NCBI RefSeq assembly: GCF_001306055.1
Contig: NZ_LGHJ01000010.1
Coordinates: 90,001 to 122,000 of the forward strand
Direction of reading: 5' to 3'
DNA length: 32,000 nucleotides
Source: Bellilinea caldifistulae
GTDB lineage: Bacteria > Chloroflexota > Anaerolineae > Anaerolineales > Anaerolineaceae
Within the stretch, counting starts at the first letter, position 1; every line of letters begins with the position of its first letter. The translations under genes and the position numbers were made by a program. The notes below the pieces were generated by a model that saw only the letters and a list, made by a program, of their open reading frames with translations, did no database searches and was not told where the DNA came from. This document shows, piece by piece, positions 1-8,549 of this stretch.

Positions 1-1
1 A

Positions 2-637
2 CCGGCCGGGCTGGTAGTTCACCCGGCTGCCGGACATGAAAGCGGCACGCTGGTTAATGCGGTGATGGGATTGGTGCCCGACCTCCAGGGGATTGGAGGA
101 GAACTTCGCCCGGGGATCGTTCATCGTTTGGATAAAGATACTTCGGGTTTGATCTTGATTGCCAAGAACGAACGCGCTCACCGGTTTTTGCAGGATCAAT
201 TCCGTCTACGGCAGGTTAAAAAGGTTTATCTGGCGCTGGTGGACGGTAAACCGCCTACACCCAATGGCCGAATTGAAGCGTCCATTGGGCGCGATCCGGC
301 GCATCGAAAAAAAATGGCAATCGTGCCGGACGTCAAAGGGCGGGAATCTGTCACGGAATACTTCACTCGCGAATCGTTTTCCGAGCATACGCTTATCGAA
401 GCCCATCCTTTGACCGGCAGAACTCATCAAATCCGTTTGCATCTGGCGTTCATCGGCTGTCCCATTGCTGGTGATACGGTCTATGGCAGACGGAAGGTCA
501 GCCTGCCGTTGAATCGCCATTTTTTACATGCGGCGCAGCTGACCATCCGGCTTCCCGGTGAAAAACAGCCGCGCACATTTGAATCCCCTCTGCCTCCCGA
601 ACTGGAACAAATTCTGCAGCAATTGCGTAAATCTTGA
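2..637 (+). CDS. rluD: RluA-family 23S rRNA pseudouridine synthase (RluD-like), 5' end outside window
   Basis: Frame is open from nt 2 (PAGLVVHPAAGHESGTLVNA...). Catalytic HRLDKDTSGLILIAKN motif and GRTHQIRLHL motif present. Stop at 635-637. Confidence 0.85.
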   Translation, partial: PAGLVVHPAAGHESGTLVNAVMGLVPDLQGIGGELRPGIVHRLDKDTSGLILIAKNERAHRFLQDQFRLRQVKKVYLALVDGKPPTPNGRIEASIGRDPAHRKKMAIVPDVKGRESVTEYFTRESFSEHTLIEAHPLTGRTHQIRLHLAFIGCPIAGDTVYGRRKVSLPLNRHFLHAAQLTIRLPGEKQPRTFESPLPPELEQILQQLRKS

Positions 638-659
638 AATTTGTAAAAAGGTGAACCGC

Positions 660-1700
660 ATGGAAAAAATCATTGATTTGCGCTCCGACACTGTCACTCA
701 CCCAACCCCGGCAATGCGCGAGGCAATGGCACGCGCGGAAGTGGGCGACGATGTGTATGGTGAAGATCCGACGGTCAACCGGCTGGAAGAAATGGCAGCC
801 GAACGAATGGGCAAGGAAACCGGCTTGTTTGTTGCTTCGGGTACGATGGGAAATTTGATTGCAGTACTGGTACACTGTCAGCGCGGTGAAGAAGCCATTA
901 TGGGGCATTTGGGACATACCTTCCTTTTTGAGGCAGGTGGGGTTTCGGCATTGGGGGGAGTTTTTGTGAATACCCTGCCTAACCAACCGGATGGCAGCAT
1001 TGCCCTGAGCGATCTGGAAAACGCCATCCGTGGTGCCGATATTCATCAACCGATCAGCCGGTTAATCATTCTGGAGAACACCCATAATCGTTGCGGGGGG
1101 ACGGTGCTGGATGGGGAATATACCCGTCGGGTGGGGGAATTAGCCCACCGCCATGGGTTGAAACTCCACCTGGACGGGGCACGCATTTTCAATGCAGCGG
1201 CGGCTCTGCATGTGCCGCCCAGCGAGTTGAGCGATGCGGCCGACTCAGTCACCTTTTGCCTGAGCAAAGGGCTTTGCGCCCCGGTTGGGTCGGTATTGTG
1301 CGGTTCGAGGGACTTTATTGCCAGAGCGCGCCGGGTTCGGAAGATGCTGGGCGGCGGCATGAGACAAGCGGGTGTGCTGGCGGCTGCCGGCATTGTAGCG
1401 CTCGAACAGATGACCGCGCGCTTGGAGGAGGATCACCGCCGAGCGCGCCGACTGGCCGAAGGATTGTTCCAAATACCGGGCTTACAGCCCGCTTTTGGGA
1501 TGCCCCAAACCAACATGGTGTTTGTTTCCCTGCGGGAGGAGATTGCCAAAACCGCAAAAGAGGTTGCTGAAGAACTATCCCAACGGGGAATCCGGGTTGG
1601 AGTGACTGCTTCCAAAACTTTTCGGCTGGTTTTACACTACTGGATCAGCGATGAGGATGTTGAAGAGACCATTGCAGCGTTTCGGGCAGTGTTGAGTTAA
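660..1700 (+). CDS. ltaE: Low-specificity L-threonine aldolase (PLP-dependent, beta-eliminating lyase family)
   Basis: MEKIIDLRSDTVTHPTPAMREAMA...GDDVYGEDPTVNRLE...ASGTMGNL...CLSKGL (PLP-lysine context). The ATG at 660 sits just after the rluD stop; the 558 start on the ORF track would overlap rluD and adds non-homologous residues. Confidence 0.85.
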   Translation: MEKIIDLRSDTVTHPTPAMREAMARAEVGDDVYGEDPTVNRLEEMAAERMGKETGLFVASGTMGNLIAVLVHCQRGEEAIMGHLGHTFLFEAGGVSALGGVFVNTLPNQPDGSIALSDLENAIRGADIHQPISRLIILENTHNRCGGTVLDGEYTRRVGELAHRHGLKLHLDGARIFNAAAALHVPPSELSDAADSVTFCLSKGLCAPVGSVLCGSRDFIARARRVRKMLGGGMRQAGVLAAAGIVALEQMTARLEEDHRRARRLAEGLFQIPGLQPAFGMPQTNMVFVSLREEIAKTAKEVAEELSQRGIRVGVTASKTFRLVLHYWISDEDVEETIAAFRAVLS

Positions 1701-3256
1701 TTTTTTGAAACTAAAGAATCGTTGACCGTTGTGTGGGCTTGAATCTGATTGCGGCCCCGTTCTTTCGCAACATAAAGACGCTGATCGGCAATGTCAATCA
1801 ATTTTTCCAGCACGGTAGTATCCCTGGGAAGGCAGGCAATTCCCTGACTGATGGTGGGAGCCGGGATAACTTTCTTGTCCCGGTCTAAAATGATAATTTT
1901 TTGACAGGCGGCACGGATGCGTTCTGCCACCAGATAAGCCTGTTCGGGTTGGGTGTCTGGTAAAGCAATGATAAACTCTTCACCGCCCCAGCGCCCCACC
2001 AGATCATCCTTTTTTATGTGATGACGGATCGTTTGGGTCAGCTCGATCAGCACCCTATCACCCGTCAGGTGACCATAGGTGTCGTTGTATTGCTTGAAGT
2101 GGTCAATATCCAGCATAATCAGAGAGACAGGCTGACCGCAAACCTGCGTAGTTTGAACCATTTGCTCCAGACGGGCGAGAAACGTGTTGTGATTGAGTAC
2201 ACCTGTGAGACTGTCCATCTGGGAACGAGTCTCGACTTCAAGGTGATGGTAAGCGTTGTCCAGCGCCATTGCCGCCCGTTGGCCAATATTTTCAAGTAAT
2301 TCCTGATCGCGCTGATCGAATGCCGCTTTTTGATAAGAGGCAACCGCGATAATTCCCAAAACTTCCTTGCCGGAGATGAGCGGTACTCCCAACCAAGAAA
2401 GGCTGACCTTATTTTTGCCGACCAGTTTGAAGTCAATGTTTAGTTTTTTGCGTTCTTCGGGCAGGTCGACAATGAGCAAAGGTTGACGGGTCTGAATGAC
2501 CCGCCCTGCCAGCGTGCCCTCAATCGGTACATTCATGGATGGAAAAAATTCCCCATCGTCGTAGAACAATTCTAAATGGACGGTGTCCTCCTCAATTAAA
2601 CCGAAGTAGTAGGTATCCGCATCCAGCGCACTTTGGACGGCAGTGGTCACCATCGTGATGACCTGATGAATTTCCAGCGAGGAAGACAGGCTACGCGAGA
2701 CTTTATTAATGATTTGCTGGCGGTTGATCTCCCACTGGAGAGAACTTTGCAATTTGAGCAGAGTCTCAGTAGTGGCAATTCCCAACAAAGGTAAGAAGAA
2801 CAGATCCAGGAAAACCGAATCGGTGACATTTTGGCTGTTGAGTCCTAGGGTAACGATGTGGGCAAACGAGGCGCAGGCAAGAAACGCATAGGTATACCAG
2901 CGATTGAAGATGAGGGCAGAAACAGCGGTCATCAGAATGATACAGATGAATGAATACCCTAAGGGTAAAAGGTGACCGATAAATTCGATAAAAACGGCTA
3001 CGATTGTGTTGAAGACCAGAATCACCCAATCGCGCTTGGGGTACTGATCGAGTAAGGGGATGAGGTGGAGATAAAAAATAGTTAGATAGGCTATTTTCAG
3101 CAAAGCGGTTGCCAGGCTGACTTGATTCTCGATGAAATTGAGTCCCGCAATCGGAGAATACACCAGTAATAAAAGATTTAGAATGAAGGCAGTCAGGACG
3201 GCCGGAAAAACCAGCGCCTGTTTTTGTCTGGCGGGAATCGAAAGCAGAGTTCTCAT
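1697..3256 (-). CDS. Membrane-anchored GAF-GGDEF diguanylate cyclase
   Basis: About 5-6 hydrophobic helices in residues 1-165, then a GAF-like segment (res ~185-335). GGDEF domain has DIDHFKQYND and an intact GGEEF (res 424-428). Confidence 0.85.
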   Translation of the reverse strand: MRTLLSIPARQKQALVFPAVLTAFILNLLLLVYSPIAGLNFIENQVSLATALLKIAYLTIFYLHLIPLLDQYPKRDWVILVFNTIVAVFIEFIGHLLPLGYSFICIILMTAVSALIFNRWYTYAFLACASFAHIVTLGLNSQNVTDSVFLDLFFLPLLGIATTETLLKLQSSLQWEINRQQIINKVSRSLSSSLEIHQVITMVTTAVQSALDADTYYFGLIEEDTVHLELFYDDGEFFPSMNVPIEGTLAGRVIQTRQPLLIVDLPEERKKLNIDFKLVGKNKVSLSWLGVPLISGKEVLGIIAVASYQKAAFDQRDQELLENIGQRAAMALDNAYHHLEVETRSQMDSLTGVLNHNTFLARLEQMVQTTQVCGQPVSLIMLDIDHFKQYNDTYGHLTGDRVLIELTQTIRHHIKKDDLVGRWGGEEFIIALPDTQPEQAYLVAERIRAACQKIIILDRDKKVIPAPTISQGIACLPRDTTVLEKLIDIADQRLYVAKERGRNQIQAHTTVNDSLVSKN

Positions 3257-3489
3257 CGCTATATGTTGTATTTTCGCCTATTATAAAAATTTCTTGAGGA
3301 AACTCGCTATACAATTTGTTTACAGTTTATACACAGGCGTTTCAGGGTTCGATAAACGAGTGTTTTTGAAAACCCAGGGGCTCGGCTGCTCAAAACCTGA
3401 GGCTGTGGTGATTAAAGTGAAAGCATGCCAGCGCAAACTGCGGTTATAATACAGGAGGGAACCAATCCAGCTTCAACGGAGGTGCGAAA
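3257..3489. promoter_or_regulatory. Divergent promoter region between the GGDEF gene (-) and punA (+)
   Basis: 233-nt non-coding gap, AT-rich at its left end. TATAAT at 3445-3450 (+) lies ~40 nt before the punA start. TATAAT on the minus strand at 3285-3280. GGAGGTG Shine-Dalgarno at 3478-3484 precedes the TTG start at 3490. The -35 elements are poor. Confidence 0.35.
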
Positions 3490-4332
3490 TTGTCTGAATG
3501 GATCACACTGGCTGAAATTGACGAAGCCTCTGGCTTCATCGCAAAACACATCCATGTTCAGCCCAAAACCGGGATCATATTAGGATCAGGATTAGGAGAA
3601 CTGGCTGAACAGATTGAAGATGCGGCAGTTATTCCTTACGCCGAAATTCCGCATTGGCCGGTTTCAACCATCCATGGTCATGCCGGACGATTGATCGTGG
3701 GACGGCTCGAAAACCAACCGGTGATGGTAATGCAGGGCCGCGCTCATTTTTATGAAGGCTATCCAATCAGCAGGATTGGTTTTCCTATTCGGGTCATGCA
3801 GCGCCTGGGTGTGGATGGGCTGATCGTGACCAATGCAGCCGGAGCCATTCATCCAGATTATTTGCCGGGGGATGTGATGTTGATTGTAGATCACATCAAT
3901 CTGGTTGGCATGGCAGGCATGAATCCTCTGCGGGGGCCAAATCTGGATGAATTTGGCGAACGTTTTCCGGATATGAGCCAGCCGTATGATCGCAACTTAA
4001 TGGACTTTTGCCGGCAGGCAGCCAGCCAGGCCGGTATTCTCCTCCGTGAAGGTGTTTACGTCTGGCTGGCTGGTCCCTCGTTCGAGTCACCGGCCGAATT
4101 ACGCTTTTTGCGCACCATCGGAGCGGATGCAGTCGGCATGTCCACGGTTCCTGAGGTGATTGTTGCCCGCCACGGAAAAATGCGCGTTCTTGGCATTTCG
4201 GGCATCTCAAATAAGGCCAATTTAGACGGTAGCACCGTTACCACCCACGAAGAGGTTTTAGAAGCCGGTAAAATTCTGGTTCCCAAACTGTCTGCCCTGA
4301 TTCGGGGTGTTTTGCGGCAGATGAAGGCGTGA
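3490..4332 (+). CDS. punA: Purine nucleoside phosphorylase (PunA type, inosine/guanosine)
   Basis: GIILGSGLG, GRLIVGRL..PVMVMQGRAHFYEGY, VTNAAGA, GPSFESPAELRFLRTIGADAVGMSTVPEV. TTG start preceded by GGAGG. Confidence 0.88.
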   Translation: MSEWITLAEIDEASGFIAKHIHVQPKTGIILGSGLGELAEQIEDAAVIPYAEIPHWPVSTIHGHAGRLIVGRLENQPVMVMQGRAHFYEGYPISRIGFPIRVMQRLGVDGLIVTNAAGAIHPDYLPGDVMLIVDHINLVGMAGMNPLRGPNLDEFGERFPDMSQPYDRNLMDFCRQAASQAGILLREGVYVWLAGPSFESPAELRFLRTIGADAVGMSTVPEVIVARHGKMRVLGISGISNKANLDGSTVTTHEEVLEAGKILVPKLSALIRGVLRQMKA

Positions 4333-4378
4333 TTCCACGGATGAAGTCTTGAATCCTGCGGCTAGATAAAGTCGGAAT

Positions 4379-5080
4379 ATGGAGGAAGTTCTCCGCTTTT
4401 TAAAAACATACGAACCCTGGATTTATCTGCTTCTGGCAGGGACAGGCCTGTTCGCTGTGCGTCGAATGCTGGCAGCCTTGCAGGAATTGCGAACGGCGGT
4501 GTTTGGGTTGGAAAAAGAAAGCGCGCAGCGTCGTTTTCGCTCATCACTATCGGTGTTCATATTTGTCTTGCTGTTGGGGGTGTCGGAATTTGTGTTGACT
4601 GCGATTGTCTTCCCTGATTTTCCCAATGTTCAGGCGATGGCAACCCCCACGGCGGATCTGCTTTCGACCCCCACGGCTACCCTGCCGCCGATCCCGGTAG
4701 AAACGCCTCAACTTGAAGAAATTGGCATTCCAACTCTGAGTGTAACCGATCAGGATGGCTGTATACCGGGTGTCATTGAGTGGACTTTCCCGAAGGCAGG
4801 CGAAACGCTGAAGGGAGTGGTCACGCTGCGGGGAACGGTCAGCGTTCCCAACCTGGGGTTTTATAAATATGAATACAGTGAGCAGGCATCCAACCTGTGG
4901 GTAACTATCGCCGCAGGAGATCGGGTGATCGTGGATCAACCGCTGGGCGGAGAGGGCAGCGGACAGTGGGATACCTCGACACTGACCCCCGGTGATTACC
5001 GCCTGCGATTGGTTGTAACCGACAACGTCAATAATGTTTTTCCGGCCTGTGTTATTCCCGTGAGAATAGCTGCACCTTGA
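4379..5080 (+). CDS. Hypothetical membrane protein: two N-terminal TM helices, Pro/Thr linker, C-terminal beta-rich (Ig-like) domain
   Basis: Hydrophobic segments WIYLLLAGTGLFAV and LSVFIFVLLLGVSEFVLTAIVF. TPTA-rich linker. C-terminal GVVTLRGTVSV...YKYEYS...GDYRLRLVVTD pattern. Co-directional and tightly spaced with its neighbours. Confidence 0.6.
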   Translation: MEEVLRFLKTYEPWIYLLLAGTGLFAVRRMLAALQELRTAVFGLEKESAQRRFRSSLSVFIFVLLLGVSEFVLTAIVFPDFPNVQAMATPTADLLSTPTATLPPIPVETPQLEEIGIPTLSVTDQDGCIPGVIEWTFPKAGETLKGVVTLRGTVSVPNLGFYKYEYSEQASNLWVTIAAGDRVIVDQPLGGEGSGQWDTSTLTPGDYRLRLVVTDNVNNVFPACVIPVRIAAP

Positions 5081-5090
5081 TTGGAGGATT

Positions 5091-5630
5091 ATGCCTGAAA
5101 TTGAAGTAAGACCCGCACAGCTCACTGAAATACCGCTCTTAATTTCCCTTGAACATTATGGCAAGAGTGATTACGTCTGGCAAATGGAGCGAATGGTTGA
5201 GGAAACTCAACTCTCGGTTACTTTCCGCGAGGTGCGTTTACCGCGTTCGGTGAAGGTGGAATATCCGTACAGCATGGAAAGTCTGCCGGAACGCTTACGT
5301 CAGCAAACCATTTTACTGGCAGCGGTCTTAAGTGGTGAAGTGGTAGGATATATTGGTGTAGAGGAACGAATTGGAACGCGAACTGCCTGGGTGGCTCATC
5401 TGGCAGTGGCGGCACGCTGCCGGCGCGAAGGGATAGCCAGTGCTTTACTTCTGGCAGCGCAGGGATGGGCAAGCCGGCGGGGATTGCGGCGGATGATTCT
5501 GGAAACCCATTCTAAAAATGCGCCGGCGATCCGCATGGCACTTAAACTGGGCTTTGAGTTTAGCGGTTACAATGATCAATATTACGCCAATCAGGATATT
5601 GCGCTGTTTTTTAGCAATATGTTGAGATGA
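5091..5630 (+). CDS. GNAT family N-acetyltransferase
   Basis: Acetyl-CoA binding pattern RCRREGIASALL...A..WA...G and C-terminal NAPAIRMALKLGFEF. GGAGG lies 5 nt upstream of the ATG. Confidence 0.75.
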   Translation: MPEIEVRPAQLTEIPLLISLEHYGKSDYVWQMERMVEETQLSVTFREVRLPRSVKVEYPYSMESLPERLRQQTILLAAVLSGEVVGYIGVEERIGTRTAWVAHLAVAARCRREGIASALLLAAQGWASRRGLRRMILETHSKNAPAIRMALKLGFEFSGYNDQYYANQDIALFFSNMLR

Positions 5631-5649
5631 TGAGAGCGGTGGTGTCTTA

Positions 5650-7545
5650 ATGGGAGTCTTGATTACCATCAACCAGATTCTCATGGCGGGGGTAGCGATT
5701 ACAGCCTTTTCACTGCTGCTGTATTCGTTGACCTTCAACCTGCGGGAACGGGTGGCACGCTCGTTTGCGATGCTTTTGTTTTGCCTGGTAATCATTTACT
5801 CGGCCGAGTCACTTGCCAGTGTTGCGCCCCGCCCGGATGAATTGGAATTATGGCTGCGGTTGCAATGGGTAGGCGTTGTTTTCCTGCCTTCGGCTTACCT
5901 GCATTTTTCGGATGCGTTACTGGCAACCACCGGAAAACCCAGCCGGGGAAAACGGCGTTGGGCGATCCGGCTTTCGTATGCTTTAGCGGTTTTATTTTTA
6001 ATAATGCTGCCTTTGGGCTTGCTGGTGGGAGGTCTGGCAGCCGACTCTCAGCCTGCCCCTTACCTCAAACCGACCCTGGGTACCGATTTATTCATGCTGG
6101 TGTATTTTGTTTCGATTGGGATGGCGTGGTACAACTTTGTTCGGGCCTTTCGCCGTTCCACTACCAGTACCAGTAAACGCCGGATTGGATACTTGCTGGT
6201 CGGCTCGATTGCTCCTGTACTGGGGTCTTTCCCGTTTTTGCTCTTTTCATCCAATTTCGCCGCTCAGCACCGCCTGATCTTTTGGGTGATTTCTGTGCTG
6301 ACCAATTTTCTGGTGGGCGGGCTGGTGGTGATGATGGCTTACTCGGTGGCATTTTTCGGGGTTGCATTGCCCGACCGAACTGTGAAAAGCCGGCTTTTCA
6401 AGTGGATTTTACGCGGACCGGTGACGGCTTCGATCACGTTGGCTTTGACGACGATTGTCCGCCGGGCGGGCGAATTATATGGCCTTCCCTACAATGCGCT
6501 GGTGCCCATTGTCATGGTTGCCTCCATATTGACAGGGCAATATCTGGTCACGTTGACCTTCCCAATGCTGGAACGCTGGCTATTTTATGGGAATGATAAG
6601 GACGAGATCGAAATTCTGCGCAATCTGGAACAACGGTTGATCACCCGCAACGATTTACGCCAGTTTTTAGAGATGATCCTTGCGGCGGTGTGCGATCGGC
6701 TGCAGGTAAAGGGTGCTTATGTGGTTGCGCTCAAATCCGAAGGTCTTGAGATTGTCGTGCGGGTTGGGAAGACCTTTTTCGATGAAGATCAAAATCCTGC
6801 TGAACTGGAAAGTGTGATTCGTGCCAATCATCTTTCATTGGAAATGTTCAACTGGGGCGACGATCTTCTCATACCGCTGGTGGATCAAAACGAGGAGGGC
6901 GCTCCTGATTTGATCGGTTTACTTGGAATCAGCGGTGCAGCCGGCACGAGCCTGGATGAGGACCAGATTCAGGTGATTAACAGTTTTAGAGAAAGGGTCT
7001 TGCTGGCTCTCAAGGATCGCCGCTTACAGGAAGGGGTTTTCCGTTCGATCAGTGAATTGACTACTAAAACGGCTTACATTCAGCAATTGCAGGCCGCCGG
7101 GCGTTATGATCAATCCGGTCTGTTAAGGGATGAAATTCCGCTGGCAGCAGCCGATTTTTCCCAATGGGTGAAGGATGCCCTTACCCATTATTGGGGTGGC
7201 CCAAAATTAACCGAGAGCCCGTTAACGAAATTGAAAATTGTGCAGGCCATGCTGAATCGCTATGATGGCAATACTTCCAATGCGCTGCGAGCAATTTTAC
7301 GAGAAGCGATTGAACGCGTCCGACCGGAGGGAGAACGACGCTTCACAGGGGAATGGGTATTGTATAATATTTTAGAGATGAAATTTTTGGAGGGCAAAAA
7401 GGTACGAGAAATTGCTATGCGGCTGGCGATGTCCGAAGCAGATTTGTACCGCAAACAACGCGTAGCCATTGAGGCAGTTGCCAGGGCAATTCTGGAAATG
7501 GAATCCCAAAATGGGCACACGAACGAATTGCCAAAATCGGAGTGA
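5650..7545 (+). CDS. Polytopic membrane sensor (7TM, histidine-kinase-N-terminal-like) - GAF-like - C-terminal sigma70-region-4/LuxR-like HTH; no kinase or cyclase output
   Basis: About 7-9 hydrophobic helices in res 1-310. GAF-like block at res ~330-450 (LRQFLEMILAAVCDRLQVKGAYVV...LIGLLGI). C-terminal EGKKVREIAMRLAMSEADLYRKQRVAIEAVARAIL resembles an ECF-sigma region 4 HTH. Confidence 0.6.
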   Translation: MGVLITINQILMAGVAITAFSLLLYSLTFNLRERVARSFAMLLFCLVIIYSAESLASVAPRPDELELWLRLQWVGVVFLPSAYLHFSDALLATTGKPSRGKRRWAIRLSYALAVLFLIMLPLGLLVGGLAADSQPAPYLKPTLGTDLFMLVYFVSIGMAWYNFVRAFRRSTTSTSKRRIGYLLVGSIAPVLGSFPFLLFSSNFAAQHRLIFWVISVLTNFLVGGLVVMMAYSVAFFGVALPDRTVKSRLFKWILRGPVTASITLALTTIVRRAGELYGLPYNALVPIVMVASILTGQYLVTLTFPMLERWLFYGNDKDEIEILRNLEQRLITRNDLRQFLEMILAAVCDRLQVKGAYVVALKSEGLEIVVRVGKTFFDEDQNPAELESVIRANHLSLEMFNWGDDLLIPLVDQNEEGAPDLIGLLGISGAAGTSLDEDQIQVINSFRERVLLALKDRRLQEGVFRSISELTTKTAYIQQLQAAGRYDQSGLLRDEIPLAAADFSQWVKDALTHYWGGPKLTESPLTKLKIVQAMLNRYDGNTSNALRAILREAIERVRPEGERRFTGEWVLYNILEMKFLEGKKVREIAMRLAMSEADLYRKQRVAIEAVARAILEMESQNGHTNELPKSE

Positions 7546-7598
7546 TTGATATACAATAAATCAACCTTATTTGTATTTATTGCAGGGAGGTAAACAGG

Positions 7599-8549
7599 AT
7601 GGTTGCCAAAAAAACAGAAGTGGATCTGGGGGAACAGCAGGCAGATCCGATTGATGAGGGGTGGTGGGCGGCGGTCCTTGCGGAGGAGGAGATGTATGCA
7701 CCCTCCAAAAAAGGAGCAAATTCAGGCGGAGTAAACCAGGGAGTGGTTACTCCGACCGATTGGGGGTATGTCCAGCGGATTTTTGAACAGGATGAAATCA
7801 TTTCTCTGAAGGTGCATGGCTTCAACCGCGGGGGAGTGCTGGTTCAGGGTAAAGGCATCCAGGGATTTGTACCGATTTCCCATCTGGTGGAGATGCCGAC
7901 CGATGCAAGCGAAGAGGAACGGCGCAACATCCTGGCGGGTTATGTTAACCGCCTCATTCGCCTGAAGGTGATCGAGTGCGAGCCACGCTGTGAACGGGTT
8001 GTCCTCTCCGAACGAGCTGCCCTGGCTGGTGAGGGCCAACGTCGAGCTTTGTTTTCCACCTTGAAAGAGGGTGCGGTGGTCAATGGGCGGATTACCAACA
8101 TCACCGATTTTGGTGTGTTTGTGGATCTCGGCGGGGTGGAGGGGCTGATTCACGTTTCCGAGATTTCCTGGGGGCGGGTGCAGGACCCGGCCGATCTCTT
8201 GAGCATCAATCAGGAAGTTCAGGTGCTGGTTTTGCAGGTAAATGAAGATACCTCACGGATTGCTCTCAGCCTCAAGAGGCTGCAGCCCAACCCGTGGGAA
8301 ACGCTGGCGGTGCGGTACAAGCCCGGCGATGTCGTTCGGGGTTGGATCACTTCATTGACCAGATTCGGGGCTTTTGCCCGATTGGAGGAAGGGGTGGAGG
8401 GGTTGATTCACGTCTCCTCGATTCGGCTACCCCCTCATTGTAAAAATATCCATCATTACCTCACTGTTGGGCAGGAAGTGAATGTCCGCATCCTGCATCT
8501 GGATGCGGAGCGCCGCCGTCTGGGTCTGGGATTAGTGCAAACCGAATGA
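7599..8549 (+). CDS. S1 RNA-binding domain protein (three S1 repeats, ribosomal protein S1-like)
   Basis: Three repeats: GFNRGGVLVQGKGIQGFVPISHL, GRITNITDFGVFVDLGGVEGLIHVSEISW, GWITSLTRFGAFARLEEGVEGLIHVSSI. GGGAGG Shine-Dalgarno upstream. Confidence 0.8.
   Translation: MVAKKTEVDLGEQQADPIDEGWWAAVLAEEEMYAPSKKGANSGGVNQGVVTPTDWGYVQRIFEQDEIISLKVHGFNRGGVLVQGKGIQGFVPISHLVEMPTDASEEERRNILAGYVNRLIRLKVIECEPRCERVVLSERAALAGEGQRRALFSTLKEGAVVNGRITNITDFGVFVDLGGVEGLIHVSEISWGRVQDPADLLSINQEVQVLVLQVNEDTSRIALSLKRLQPNPWETLAVRYKPGDVVRGWITSLTRFGAFARLEEGVEGLIHVSSIRLPPHCKNIHHYLTVGQEVNVRILHLDAERRRLGLGLVQTE

Noticed and set aside
498-1049. 183-aa ORF on the minus strand, antisense to ltaE
   Set aside because: It lies entirely inside a gene with strong family motifs. 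Its product is Cys/His/Arg-rich with no recognisable motif. It is a typical shadow ORF.
2766-3314. 182-aa minus-strand ORF overlapping the 5' end of the GGDEF gene in another frame
   Set aside because: It would run through the promoter region and encodes a low-complexity Ser/Arg/Cys-rich product. The GGDEF frame encodes coherent TM helices.
3257-3489. Possible purine riboswitch or tRNA-like element upstream of punA (contains GGTTCGATA, reminiscent of a T-loop)
   Set aside because: I could not fold the region into a three-way junction with the conserved purine-riboswitch loop and junction sequences. There is no acceptor or anticodon stem context around the T-loop-like string. It is more simply a divergent promoter region.
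4547-5125. 192-aa minus-strand ORF opposite the membrane Ig-like protein gene
   Set aside because: The translation is Arg/Gly/Cys-rich and low-complexity. The plus-strand product has coherent TM helices, a linker and a beta-rich domain, and fits the co-directional operon with a Shine-Dalgarno-linked downstream gene.
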